NCBI RefSeq assembly: GCF_000143415.4
Contig: NW_003314270.1
Span: 1 to 64,000, forward strand
Direction of reading: 5' to 3'
Source: Selaginella moellendorffii
Lineage: Eukaryota > Plantae > Lycopodiophyta
DNA length: 64,000 nt
The notes below the pieces were generated by a model that ran no database searches, was not told where the DNA came from, and saw only the letters and a program-made list of their open reading frames with translations. Positions 10,205 through 22,419 of this stretch are shown in pieces; position 1 is the stretch's first letter, and each line of letters starts with the position of its first letter. The position numbers and the translations under genes were made by a program.

Positions 10205-13200
10205 TCAAGAATGAGTGGAACGAGGACGTGAATGAGAACAAAGAGGAGGATGAAATGGGTGGCGAGGGACGGGAGATGGAGAAAAAGAATGGGGACTGGG
10301 ACGAGAAGGATAGCGGCGGTGGAAGTCCTGAACAAGGTCAGGAGAATGAATCAGGTTGTCCGTAAGTTCCCAAGTGCATTCCTCAGGTCCATAACCCTTC
10401 CAATCGACCAGATAGTAGAGTTTAGACCGTGAAATCTTGGAATCAAGGATGTCCTGAACCTCGTACTCAGACCCATCCTCGAGCTGCACTGGTGGAGGCG
10501 GAGGAATGACCCGATTTGGAATAGGACTGGGAATATAAGGCTTAAGGAGAGAGGAGTGAAAAACGGGGTGAATTTGATATGAGGAAGGAAGTGCAAAGCG
10601 GTAAGTGACAGGATTAATGATGGCAGTGATAGGGAATGGACCAAGGCGTTTGAAATTGAGTTTTGGTTAGGGCCTGGTGGTGGAGATATTTCTCCTGAGG
10701 AGCCAGACTTTATCCCCGATATTGTAAGGGGGACAATCCTGACAATGGATATTGGCAAATGTTTTGTGAGATTCCTGAGCACGATGGAGATGGAAGGAGA
10801 TGAAGTTGTGGATTTCCTGGAGGTTGGAGACAAATGCCTCAGAGCGGGGATTTGAACAAGAGCAGTCGGATGGAGAAGGAAGTGAGAGATTAAATCGAGG
10901 ATTTCGACCATAGTTTGCAAAGAAGGGGGAAACTCGAAGAGAGGAGTGAATAGAGTTGTTATAGGAGAACTTAGCAAGGGGAAGGATATCGAACCAGTTA
11001 TCCTGATGATAGTTGATGAAGCACCTCAAGAATTGTTCCAACGTCTGAATCGTTCGCTCGGACTGTCCATCAGTTTGAGGATGATACGCTGAAGAGAGGT
11101 TGGCCTTCACTCCTAGCAATTGCAAAAACCGTTGCCAGAAATGAGAGATGAACTGAGGTCCCCGATCCGAAACCACATCTACAGGAATCCCATAAAGTCG
11201 GAAAATTTCCCTGAATACCAGTTTTGCCATGTCCTCGCCCGAAAACTCCTTGGTACATGGCAGGAAGTGCGCCATCTTTGTGAAGCGATCCACCACAACT
11301 AAAATGCTGTTAAAGCCTCCAGAACTCGGAAGATCACTCAAGAAATCCATGGAGATGGATTCCCAAGGACCTGAAGGGACCGAGAGGGATCGAAGCAAAC
11401 CTGAAGGAAGGTGGCGAGGTACCTTATTCCGAGCGCAAGTGTCACAGGAGGTAACAAAGGCTTTGACGTAGTCTTCCATGTGAGGCCACCAAAAATCCCG
11501 TGCAACCAGCTCATAGGTTTTCGCAATGCCGAAGTGACCAGCAATCGGGCTATCGTGGCACGCCATCAGAACCAAACTTCGAGCATCACCTTCAGGAACG
11601 TAAATCTGCTCCCCACGGTACAATAAGCCATCTCATCAAATCGCCAGCAGTCGGGAGTCACTGGGTGTCCAGCCTGAAGATGGAGGAAAATGTCGTTGGC
11701 GAGATCATCAGATTGAAGATTGTTTCTGATCGCATCCATCAAGGAGGAGTCTTGAGGGGCCAGGGAAATTGCCATAACTTGAAGCCGATCAGGACCGAGG
11801 ATAACTTGATCTTGTTGATTGAAGGCAGGATTATCAAGCCTGAGACTGAGATAGGAGCACCTTGAAAGAGCATCAGAAAGGCCTTGAAGCTTTCCAGGTT
11901 TGTACTTGATAACAAAGTCAAATTGACTCAGGAATTGTGCCCACCTTGCTTGACGACGGCTCAAAACTCGGGAAGTGGCAAAGTACTCAAGATTTTTGTA
12001 ATCCGTCCAGACCGTTGTTTCATGGCCTGCCCCCTCCAAGAAACGACGCCACTCTCCAAAGGAATCCACAATGGCAAGGAGCTCCTTGTCATGGATTTCG
12101 TAATTGATCTCCGCCGGCTGGAATTTCCGAGAATGGAAAGTGACCGGATGAAGTTCTTGATCCGCTCTGAGTTGAGACAGCACAGCACCAATGGCAAAGT
12201 CGGAGGCGTCAGCCTCGATGAAGAAAGGTTGTGAGGGATCAGCGTGGATCAAGACGAGAGCAGAACTGAAGGCCGCCTTGAGTGTGTCGAAGGCCTGCTG
12301 GGCAGCAGCAGACCAAGAGAAGGGAACATCCTTGCGAGTGAGATGCGTGAGAGGAAGGACAATGTCAGAGTAGTGATCAATGAATTTGCGATAGAAGTTG
12401 GCGAAGCTAAGGAAAACCTGAACGTCCAACATTGTTTGGGGAAGCTCCCATTCGAGAATAGTCTTGACTTTGGCAGGATCCATCGTGATACCCTCAGGAG
12501 TGACAATGTACCCAAGGAACTCCACAGACTGCTGATTGAAGGAACATTTCTCAAGCTTCGCTATAGGCCGTGTTCTCGCAACTTTGCCAACACCTTACGT
12601 ACATGTTCGTCGTGCTCCTCCTGAGTTTTTGAGTAGATGAGGATGTCATCGAGGTAGACGATCACCATCTGATCAAGAAACTCCCGAAAGATGTCGTTTG
12701 CCATGTGTTGAAAAACTGCTAGAGCATTTGTCAAGCCAAATGGCATGACAGTGTACTCGAAGTGGCCATAGCGGGTTCAGAACGCAGTCTTTCATTCATC
12801 ACTAGGCCGGATCCGGATCAGGTTGTATGCTCCACGAAGGTCGATCTTGGTGAAGAAGCGGGCACCGCCGAGGCGTTCCAACAGGTCCGAGATCAGGGGC
12901 AGCGGATAACGGTTCCGAACAGTCACCTTGTTCAAACCTCGGTAGTCGATAACTAGCCGCAAACTCCCGTCCTTCTTCTTGACAAAGAAGACAGGTGCTC
13001 CAGTTGAGGACTGTGAATGCTGAATGTACCCTGAGGCAAGGTTCTGATCCACGTACTCTTTGAGGGCCTGAAGCTCGGACGGGGATAACCCATAGATAGG
13101 CCCCCACGGAGGTGACGCTCCTTCCTGTAAATCAATGGGATAGTCATAAGGCCGATGAACAGGCAAGACCCTAGCCTTTTTCTTGTCAAACACATCCCCA

Positions 13201-14030
13201 AAATCATGATACTTCTCAGGAAGACTGACAGGAGAAACATGCAAAGCAAAAAGGAAAAGAGGTTCTTCATGAAGGAGTTCTTTCATAGTGATTGTGGAGA
13301 TAGGAGAAGGCGTACGACTAAATGGAATGATGAGACGAGGATATTGTCCAGTGTAAGATGGAAGAGAGGAAAAAGAAGAGGGTGAAAACTTCGTAGAGTC
13401 AGGAATAGATCCCCGATTTGAGTTTAGGGAACTTTTTCTAATTCGGACTTGATGAATAGCAGGGGAAGCCATGGAAGATGGTGATGTGGGAGAGACGAGC
13501 TTTAATTCCTTCCAACAGATCTGAGGCTGATGTAGTTGGAACCAAGGGAGGCCAAGCACCACAGAGGAGGACTTGCTGTTGATGATGTTGAAGGCAATAT
13601 CGGTGATGGTGGAGCCGATGTGTACTCGAACGGGCAACGTTTTCCTAAGTCCAGAAGAGGGAGACACAAAATACCCGCCAATACCTTCAACCCGCAGATC
13701 CCGTATGGTAGGAGAAAGAGGAACGTGATGTCGGGCAGCAAAGTCCGTGTCCATGAAGCAGGAAGTTGCACCTGAGTCCAGTAGCGCCAGAGCCTTGAGT
13801 CCTGATTGTCCGGTGAAAGAAAGGAGACATGGGATGCGGAAGTTGCGGGAATTGGTGGTGGCTTTGATGAAAGGTGGTGAGGAGCTTGATAAAGAAGAGA
13901 AGTGATTTTTATTCGGGGAGTCCAAATAGACAGCTCCTACTCTATTTGGACAGGGTCGTTTCCCGACTGCAATAGAGGTGGACTTTGAGGCAGAGTGAAC
14001 TCGAGCAGTCGGGGAGGCTTCTTGGGACAC
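10205..14030 (-). pseudogene. pol (PR-RT-RNaseH-IN-chromodomain), disrupted
   Basis: ORF pieces 12792..14030, 12561..12746, 11566..12525, 10667..11623 and 10205..10489 (EYEVQDILDSK..YLVDWKGYGPEECTWE chromodomain). Confidence 0.9.
13920..13964 (-). promoter_or_regulatory. -1 programmed ribosomal frameshift signal: G GGA AAC slippery heptamer plus 11-bp hairpin
   Basis: Minus strand TCG GGA AAC (gag frame S-G-N) at 13964-13958, 6-nt spacer, then stem GTCCAAATAGA / TCTATTTGGAC with a 10-nt loop. It lies in the gag/pol overlap. Confidence 0.8.
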
Positions 14031-14908
14031 ACAGCTGCTTTGTGATTAGGATTAGCACAGTAGAGGCAAAGATTATGAGATATTCGACATTGCTTCTCAG
14101 CAGGACTCAACTTCCCTCTAATGAGTCGGGGAGTACCAGAAATATCCATCAGCACCAGAGCTGTAGGTTCAGGAGTATGCCCTGAAGACTCAAGCTAGGA
14201 TTTCTGAGTCTGGGACGGGAAAACGGCGGCACGGCGACTTTCATGACGACGTTCAAAGAGACGATTGTCGCATCAAGCAGCTTTGTTAATGGTGTCCGAC
14301 AAGTCCGTGGGATCCTCCATGGTGAGCAACAAATCCTTGACACCGTTGTTGAGGCCAAAACGAAATTGATCAATCAGGGCCCACTCATCCCACTGAGTGT
14401 CCAAGGCAAGGAGTTGGAACTCTGCAGCATAGATCGAGGCAGGACAAGACCCTTGAGAAAGACGTCTCATCTTTGTGGTGGCAGCCCGAACCTGATACGT
14501 CTCGCCAAAACATGCTTCGAGCTTCTCTTTGAACAATTGAAGATCCATCAGCTCCGGAACCATGACCCCTTCCATGCTCTTCTCCAGGAGAGGAGAAAAC
14601 CATGACAAAGCTGCACCTTTGAGCAACGTCCCAATCGCACCAATTTGAGACTCGGGAGTGGGGTACCGCCGATGTTGAAGTGCGAAGATAAGCTCCATCT
14701 GGTTCAGGAATCCTCGAAGCTCCGAACGCTTCCCTGAAAATTTTGCCGGGAAACTCACCTTCGGTTCAGGAACTTTGCTGGATCCTTGAGCCGAAAGTGA
14801 AGTAAGCTCCTGCTGCATGCAAAGAAGGGTCGCCTTCAGCTCAGTATTCTCAGACTGGATTTTTGCAAGGACTTCAGCAAAGAAATCAAGATGGCATGGA
14901 GACTCCAT
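13937..14908 (-). pseudogene. gag with CCHC zinc knuckle, disrupted
   Basis: ORF 14273..14959 (PAKFSGKRSELRGFLNQ.., LSQGSCPASIYAAEF) and 13937..14155 ([16 protein letters not shown]). Confidence 0.85.
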
Positions 14909-14993
14909 TGGAAAAGAAGAAAGAAAAAAGAGGGAAAAAAGGCAAAGGCAATCAAACAATCAAAACAAGCTAAAGCAAAAAACGAAAAAGCAT

Positions 14994-15005
14994 AATCTGA
15001 ATCAA
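14994..15005 (-). promoter_or_regulatory. Self-priming primer-binding site
   Basis: Minus-strand TTGATTCAGATT lies 2 nt inside the 5' LTR boundary. It is the exact complement of LTR sequence 15109-15098 (AATCTGAATCAA), ~26 nt downstream of the TATA box. No TGG tRNA-type PBS. Confidence 0.8.
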
Positions 15006-15007
15006 AC

Positions 15008-15421
15008 TGTCAAGACCCCCAACAAGATCAAGACTAGAAAATGCAAAAGACAAAGAGAAAAGCTAGTGAATAACAAAGAAAAGGCCTTAGACTGGTGTTG
15101 ATTCAGATTGTGGAGAAATGGAACAAGGCTAACCTATATATACTATAGGTTGATGAAGCTCCACCACTCTTAGATCGAGGACAGCCTAAATATAGCTGAG
15201 GTCGAGGAGGTGCCACATCATCATCAGGAATCTGGCTTGAGACTCAAGAATCGTACAGGAAATCAGAGAGTCAGGAATAGGGAAGAGTCTCGAGAATCAG
15301 GAATAGGGAAGTGTCTCGAGAGTCAGGAATAGGGAAGTGTCTCGAGAGTCAGGAATATGGTCTGCAGGTTAGGAATCCGGTGAGAGTCAGGAATGTAGCA
15401 AGAATTGGGGGATTCCTGACA
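15008..15421 (-). repeat. 5' LTR of chromovirus
   Basis: Direct repeat of 9782-10193 with scattered substitutions. TATATATA at 15135-15142. Confidence 0.95.
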
Positions 15422-16374
15422 CCTTGGGCCTCTAAATAAAGGGATAGAGCTAAACTCTTGAGCATTTAATCAAAGAGTGAAGGAATTAAAGTATGGAACG
15501 ATTTTTAAATGTATAATGCAAAACAAAGTTAAATGAAGTTTGGTGTTATTTTAACATATTGGTAGCTTAATATGAGGATATGGGTACTCCACCAATTAGC
15601 ATAGTATGAAAATTGAGATTATACCTTAAGTCAAATATAAAACAAAGATAAATACATGAGGAGCTAAATTATACCTCAAGTTAGTTAGCTATGCCAAACA
15701 TACCCACCATCCCTACTATACATTTGGAACCCCCCCCAACATTGGGCTTTCACTCTATATCAAGAGTTAGTTTTTAGGATAATCACAAAAACTTATTAAA
15801 TATTAAATGGCATTATTGTAAGCTATCCAATCTTATTAGCTATTTATAGAAAGTGTCTAGATTTGTTAGTTGGGCATATTTATAAATTGTAGAGATTGTC
15901 TTGAACATGTCTTGAACACAATAGTGTTGTTTCCACATCTAGATTCATAATTTAGTTGTAAGCTTTTGAATTTGGATTTCCTAAGAGGTCACTTAGTCTA
16001 GTACTATTCAAACCTAATGATACTTAACCCTAAATATCCAAAGACTATTAACCAATTAAAAAAGGTGGTGTGCTTTTATTTATGGGTTCTTTCTCTATAT
16101 ATTTAAACCTTTATACTTAACCTTTTTCGTGAGTTGTTCCTTTTAGTTACCAATATATAGGGTATGATACTACAATAAACTATCACTTAACAAGTATTGA
16201 AAAATCAAGCTCAATATTGTAAAGGTTCCCCACACTAGCAAGTGCGAAGCAACAAATGAGTTTCTCCAATTAAATCAAGTATGACTTACAAAACACTTAC
16301 AAATTCTTTCTTATGCTCTTTTAGCCAAGTGCATATACAAAAACCAATTCCTCAAACTACTTTGGGTAAAGAGT

Positions 16375-16656
16375 TTAACATAGATGCTTCTCGAAGACAG
16401 CATGAGCCAATGCAGTCCTTCCTTTATACTTCACATTGAGGTTGAGGAACCTATCATAGCATGCCCTTACGAGAAGTTCCAAGGCCGCAGGGTCATCGTT
16501 CTCAACAGCCATTATAATCAGGCATTCCCCATTACGGCTAGCACGCGTTGGGTTGGCCCCAGCCTTCAACAGCACCTGGACGATTCCAATCCGTTGAGGT
16601 TCGAACATGATAAAGAGGTGCATGTCCCTTGTTATCCCAGCTATTGACGTCAACAA
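16375..16656 (-). pseudogene. Ankyrin-repeat gene fragment (inverted relative to neighbour)
   Basis: IVQVLLKAGANPT...GECLIIMAVENDDPAALELLV...GRTALAHAV ankyrin pattern. Confidence 0.6.
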
Positions 16657-16682
16657 TCTTCCAGCAGATCCCTTCTGGCAAG

Positions 16683-17836
16683 ATGGCTCTCGAGGGTGTT
16701 GATATTCTCGTGGTTCTCCAGTTTTACGAGGTCGAAGAGGATGCCAAACGCGGGGTTACCCAGCTAGCGAAGCTCACAAAAGCTGTCACGCTCGGGCTGG
16801 TGGTGCCGGGCTCAGTTGTTCAGGTGGCATACTTGGATAGGCAGGGCACACTGAAGATGGACAGGCTTGAAGCTCCCGGGTTCATAGATATAACAGCTTA
16901 CTCTTGGCGGTTGAGTGGCATGAGGTTTTATCCTTCACACTTCCTGGGTCGTCTCTGGGCAGGTCCTCTACAATTAGATCCAGCGCTGCTGGCAGCTAAA
17001 ACGGATGAACTACGAACTTCAATGAGGGGACACAAGGAGCCTATGAGATCGTGGTTCTGCTGGATTATCTTGACTTTGTCGACCCTGTTCATGGCAACAC
17101 TCCACTGCTGGCTGCTTTGCAGTGCCAGGTTCCTGATCTCACCTTGATCAAGTTTCTTGTAGACAATGGTGCCAACGCCACGGTCCAAGGTATTCCTCTT
17201 CCCTTGTCAAAAGCATGGTAACAATGTTTCCTCTTTGTTTCAGCAAAAAGTGGAGTCTACACAGTCGTTCATTGCACGCAAACTGTAGTGGATGCCTTGG
17301 ATGATAACGGCAAGTCCCAGGCCCACCTTAAAAGCTTGGCACCCAAGGAGTTGTGCGAAACAGAAAATCTGGAACTGCTGAAGATGCTCTTGCAACTCGG
17401 CTTGTCGCCGAACAAGGCCTACCAAGGTATTCTAGCCCTCAACAATGCGCTATATGGACGGAATTGTATGGAGAGGCTGCAGCTTCTACTGAAAGCTGGT
17501 GCGGATCCAACACTGCAGGATGGCAAAGGGCGCTCTGCCTTGAAGCTCGTCGTGAGCATGGACGAGCAGCCTCCGGAGGTGGTTCGGCTAGTGGCTCGTG
17601 CTTGCCAAGAGCGGAACATGATCGACGTCAAAGTGAATCCTGTGAACACAGCCCTTGGCCGTGCGTGCGGATTTTACGAACCAGTGACTTGCTGTGTACT
17701 GATTGAGTGTGGAGCTTCTCCTTTTGGCACCTTCGGCTACCCTCCACAAGATCTGCACACTGGCCTCAAGATGTTGTTTGCTCTCACAGACACACCACTG
17801 CCTGACTGTCTTAAATTTCAATGCTCAAATGAATGA
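16683..17836 (+). pseudogene. Ankyrin-repeat containing gene, probably disrupted
   Basis: ORF 17288..17836 with LELLKMLLQLG.., LQLLLKAGADPTLQDGKGRSAL, TALGRAC. Upstream coding-like ORF 16683..17147 and a short GT..AG intron at ~17190-17243. Confidence 0.55.
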
Positions 17837-19949
17837 AATAACAGTATGTATGGACGAGGGAGTTTCATATAAGGTGCACAAAGACGTTCTTTTATGCCTA
17901 TTCCACTTCTTGTGGCCATGCATGGACCAAACTTTCCTCCGGAAAACAAGAGACAGCATTGAGCGGTCCTTGAAATATATCTTTATTTGCTAGCTCCATA
18001 TCCTAGGAGCTTATGGGTCATGAGATATGCAAGAATGATGAGCTGCTATTATATGAGAATTTAATCGGTACTATAAATAATAATTCGTTGCAGACGGTTT
18101 TTGTGTTTTTGCAGATCAATTAATAGGAATAGAGTAGAGATTTGCTATTTATAATTTTGTTTGCTTAAGTAAATTGAGGTGGTAGTAGATATACTTGAAT
18201 ATTCTAGGATATTTATTCATTTAGATGAGTCTTATAGAAAAGTTTATAAATTATAAACTTTCCTAAACCATTTTCTAAAGCTCATACAGTATATGATTAT
18301 TCAATTAGACTATAGTGTGATCAATTATTCTTCACACCCTCAACCATTCAATCCATATTTGAGTTGGATTTTTTTATGCCTAATTCCTATAATCTTCTAT
18401 TTGTAAATTGATGTATTTTTGTCGTGTTAGTAAAACCATTATAAGCCCATAAAAAAATGAGTCAAAAGTTACTTGTTAGCAAGTCTTTTTCAGATATTCT
18501 TCTTTTACTCCCATGACAATAGAAAGTTAATATTATTAGACCTTTTATCAATCTCTATCCAAATTACTTGAAAAATTGGTCATAAGAAATTCTAACTTGT
18601 CATTTAGTCAAATATGGTGATGAGAAACTTATGTTGTTGCCTTCCACTTACTAGTGTTGGGAATCCTTACGATATTTAGTTAAACCAAAGAAAATAACTT
18701 GGATACTTCAAAAGTATGTATGGCAATTTAATAGAATAGATGACCTTGAGCATTCCCTTTTAGAGCTGGGACTGGGCGATGCTTGTGCTACTGGTGAGTT
18801 CTTCCTTCGACAGTCCTTTAAAGAGTCAACTTTTCATTGCAACATCTCTGATGACACTGAAGTTGGTGGAAGCTTTATTGTACTAGAAACTCTATGCTAC
18901 TCACTTGAAAGATTACCAAGCTCTCTTCCACTAGGTCTCACTATGGATCAACAAGAAAATGAGAGAAATTTCAGTTGCATGCTCTTCCAATTTGGATAAT
19001 ATTTACTTGTATCTTCTTTGAGACCTAGAACTTTTATTACCAACCTCCAAGGTATCTAGAACAAGGACTTGAAGCTTGCATGGTGGTGAAACAAGTAGAT
19101 CAAGTTTGACACTTTTTGCAAGCTTCACTTAGTCTTTCTTTTCGTTTTGCAAATGCGTTCCACATCTAAACATCAATCTCAAGATGAACTATTGGCCAGC
19201 CAAGGTGTGCAATCTCACTGAGTGTCACAAGCCACTGTTTGATTTCATGTCTGCAATGGCAATCAATGGTAGTCACATGGCAAAGGTATGAATGAGTTGT
19301 TTATTGGCATAAACTAAGCAAGGAGTGATATAAACTTCAAGTGAATTACAACATGAGAGGCTGGGTTATGCATCACAATGCAGATATATAGTGCAAACAG
19401 CACCAATTGGTCTCTTTCTCATGGGTGGAGCTTGGTTATGCTTGCATTTATGGGAGCACTATTGATTCTCTCTGGACAAGGTTGCCATCTTTCCACTTTT
19501 CATTTGTCTTAGATTTGGAGAACTGTTAACTTGGCTCTGTTTGCTTTAGGAGTTTCTTCGCAGCAAGGCATATCCATTGCTCACTAACTGTGCATAGTTT
19601 CTCTTCAATTGGCCCCGGAGGTAACCATGGAATGCATCTTGGTCTGTTTACATGTGACCATGGTTTTAAGTGTAAAGATTGCTCCAAAGTGAAAAAAAAG
19701 GGGAGCATTGGTTAATATATAAGAAAATAATGTTTCTTTAATATTATTTAATGTTAAGTCTTACCATCTACAATAATGAGGGAGTGCCGAACTTTCTGGG
19801 CCACCGGATCCAACCAATGGCAACCGTCCAATGGGGGGTAATTGTAAAAGGGTCATTTCTTTAACCATGTCTTAGCGAATAATCTTGCCAATGTTTGCTC
19901 CCAGTCAATGGGAGGGCAAGAGAAGAGGCACTGCGGCACATGTTACATA

Positions 19950-21690
19950 CATGTGTTCTGTAGCAAATCTCACTGGAGTTCCAGCCCTCCTGCTGGAGCT
20001 CGCGGAAGAGATCCAGCACCGATCAATGCAATCCAGGATTGTGGGCAATGCCAGTGATCACTGCTGTCTAGGAGACTAGATTTGGATCTGGCATGGCGAG
20101 AAGATTGCAATCGCGGGATGATGGCCGCAGGATACTGCATTGCTCTCTCTTGCCCTAGAGAGAAGGATCTTTGCCTTGCGCAAATGCCCATTCGAGGCCA
20201 ATGCTGCAATCATGGCATTGTAGCTTGCGGCATTGGGATAGGCAATTTGGGAGAAGATCCGCCACACCTCCACGGCATCCACGATCCAGGCACACATTGA
20301 TGATCGCTCTCAAGTCCCAATTCTCCAGGCTCAAGCAATCAAACAGCACCTTGGCTTCCTTGATCCTCCCAGACTGGGCATAGGCCTCTAGTCCTTGAGC
20401 ATGGAGATCGCGGAGTTGGGCAATGTGAATCGATCAAAGAGGAGCTTGGCCTACTGGATCCTGCCACCAAATGCAAGTGCTGCAACCATGGCATTGATCA
20501 TCATGGGGTTGCGATGGGGCATCTGACCAAAGAGGAGCTGCACCTCATTGAGATTGCTACTCCTTGTGTAGCCAGAGATGATCGCGTTCCATGCCACCAT
20601 GACGCACTGCAGCATGGAATCGAAGAGCATGCATCTGGCCCCGAGGAGAGCGATGTGCTCGAGTAAATGGCCAGTGAAGCTGTGGCTCCCAAGTCTCCCA
20701 CTCATAGATCTCCTGCTCAATTGCCACAGCAATCCCTGTGGGAACAGGCACCAGCAGCAGATCCAGAGCCATGCAGAGTGGGTGGAGATCATCGACGTCC
20801 ATGACACTTGTCTCAATCAGGCATGGAATTAAACACTTTTCTAGCATCACCCACTCGATCACTCGCTAGGTAGGCTGCCAGGAGTGAGTTCCACGTGACC
20901 ATGTCATGAGACTCCATGGAATCAAACATGATCTTTGCGTCCACAGCCAGTCCCTACTGTGCATAAGCTCTGATCATTGTGATCCAGGAGACAGCGTTTC
21001 TCTACGGCATCATGGCGAAGAGAGCTTGCACCTCACAGATAGCCACGAGAACCCATTGCCGCGATCATTAGGTTCCATGAAACTGTATCTCTGAAAGCGA
21101 TTCTCTGAAACATCATGATTGCATAGTTGATCCTCCAGACTCCGTGATCGTGCCTAGGAGGCTGTTCCACGAGCAGCAGTCCCACTCGGGCATCTCAAAG
21201 AACACAATGGCCACCTTTGCAATTTGCCCATTCTCGGCATTTGCTATAATCATAGAGTTCCAAGCAGCTACAGTTCATAATGGCATAGACTCAAATAGAT
21301 CCTTCACATTTTCTAAATCATTTCTTGAAGCCAAAACTAATATCATCTTTGTCTACAACGAAACATCTCACTCATCTCATTGAAGAGGGCAATGGCTTCC
21401 TCCAGATGCCAGTTTTGGGCATAGCACAAAAGCATTATATTCCAGCAGATGACATCTTTGTATGTCAGCACAAGAAACAAAATTTTCATTTCATCAACCA
21501 TTCTGCAATCCATATATGCAGTGATTGTCATTATCCATGACACAAGACTGTAGAAAGGCATCCCATCAAACAATTGCCATGCCTCCTCCAGATCCCCAGC
21601 CGCAGCAATTGCTGCAATAACAATATTCTAGCTGACAAGATTCTTCACTGGGTTTTTCTCAAACACCCACCTGGCCTCAAATAACCACAA
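19950..21690 (-). pseudogene. PLS-class PPR pseudogene
   Basis: Fragmented minus ORFs with PPR motifs (SYNAMIAALASNGHL, AWNAIISGYTRS, VSWIMTITAY, WNIMLLCYAQNWHLEEAIALF) broken by many frameshifts and stops. Confidence 0.8.
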
Positions 21691-21997
21691 ATAATGATGC
21701 TAATGTCGCTCTTAGGCAATAGGAGGTGGCCAATTGCTTGGGGCAAGAGAAGAAAGTATTATGACACATGTAACATACATAGTGTTGATCAGCATTCACA
21801 TTCAACCTTTTGCAGTGGAGATTTACTATGTTACTTAGATCTTATAATTCCCTTTAAGGAATTTGATAAGTTTCTATAAAAAACATATGCTTATAATTAT
21901 TTTTTCAATTCTTGAAATATATATGTTGTTTTGATACTATTTTAATTTAATTTTCAATGTAATCAAACTATGATAATCAAAATAGTGTTTGTTAATT

Positions 21998-22060
21998 AGG
22001 CAGCATATGCTAGGCACTAACTAGTCTATATTATAAAAGCCATGTGGGCCGTCAGATCGT
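21998..22060 (+). mobile_element. Possible Helitron 3' end (hairpin + CTAG) abutting a Helitron-like 5' end (TCTATATTATAAAAG)
   Basis: Palindrome AGCATATGCT at 22002-22011, CTAG at 22021-22024, then TCTATATTATAAAAGCC from 22025. Confidence 0.35.
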
Positions 22061-22419
22061 GAGATCTGGGCCGTCGAATAAGACCAAAATCACGATCATT
22101 TGGCTGTCAATCTTTAGATCCAAGGGCTTGGACGAGGATGAAAAGTGTTGTGAGAGTCAGTGCCTAGAATGATTTCTACATGCAGTTGAGGGATTATTTG
22201 TTCAAGTGCATTGGTTTTGAGCCAGCATGGCACTGGCTCCTGATCGATCAGGCAGGCGCTTGCTATACCTAGAGCAAGTATGTGATGCTTTCTTCAATTC
22301 TGCAAACGTGCGTCAATGCAATTCTTTGAGCCCCCTAGTTTTCAGAGAATCCTGGAACGATGCTGTGAATGACGATGAAAAATCATAATCTATGGTGCCG
22401 ATATGCAAGCACCCTGCGG

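Larger units (their letters stand above)
9782..15421 (-). mobile_element. Full-length Ty3/gypsy chromovirus LTR retrotransposon (Tf1/sushi/Tcn1-like), decayed
   Basis: Two ~412-414 bp LTRs with TG..CA ends. Minus-strand gag, protease (LLDSGAT), RT ([17 protein letters not shown]), RNase H (EADASDFAIGAVL), integrase (HDSPIAGH..CDTC, SDRGPQF) and chromodomain in gypsy order. Several stops and frameshifts. Confidence 0.95.
16210..18682. mobile_element. Possible Pack-type non-autonomous DNA transposon bounded by degenerate long inverted repeats
   Basis: 16213-16253 AATATTGTAAAGGTTCCCCACACTAGCAAGTGCGAAGCAAC versus reverse complement of 18636-18676 AATATCGTAAGGATTCCCAACACTAGTAAGTGGAAGGCAAC. Weaker similarity continues ~70 bp inward. 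No TSD seen. Confidence 0.5.

Noticed and set aside
16233-18656. CACTA...TAGTG termini suggesting a CACTA element
   Set aside because: The inverted similarity extends ~20 bp outside the CACTA/TAGTG words and no 3-bp TSD is present, so these are not the termini.
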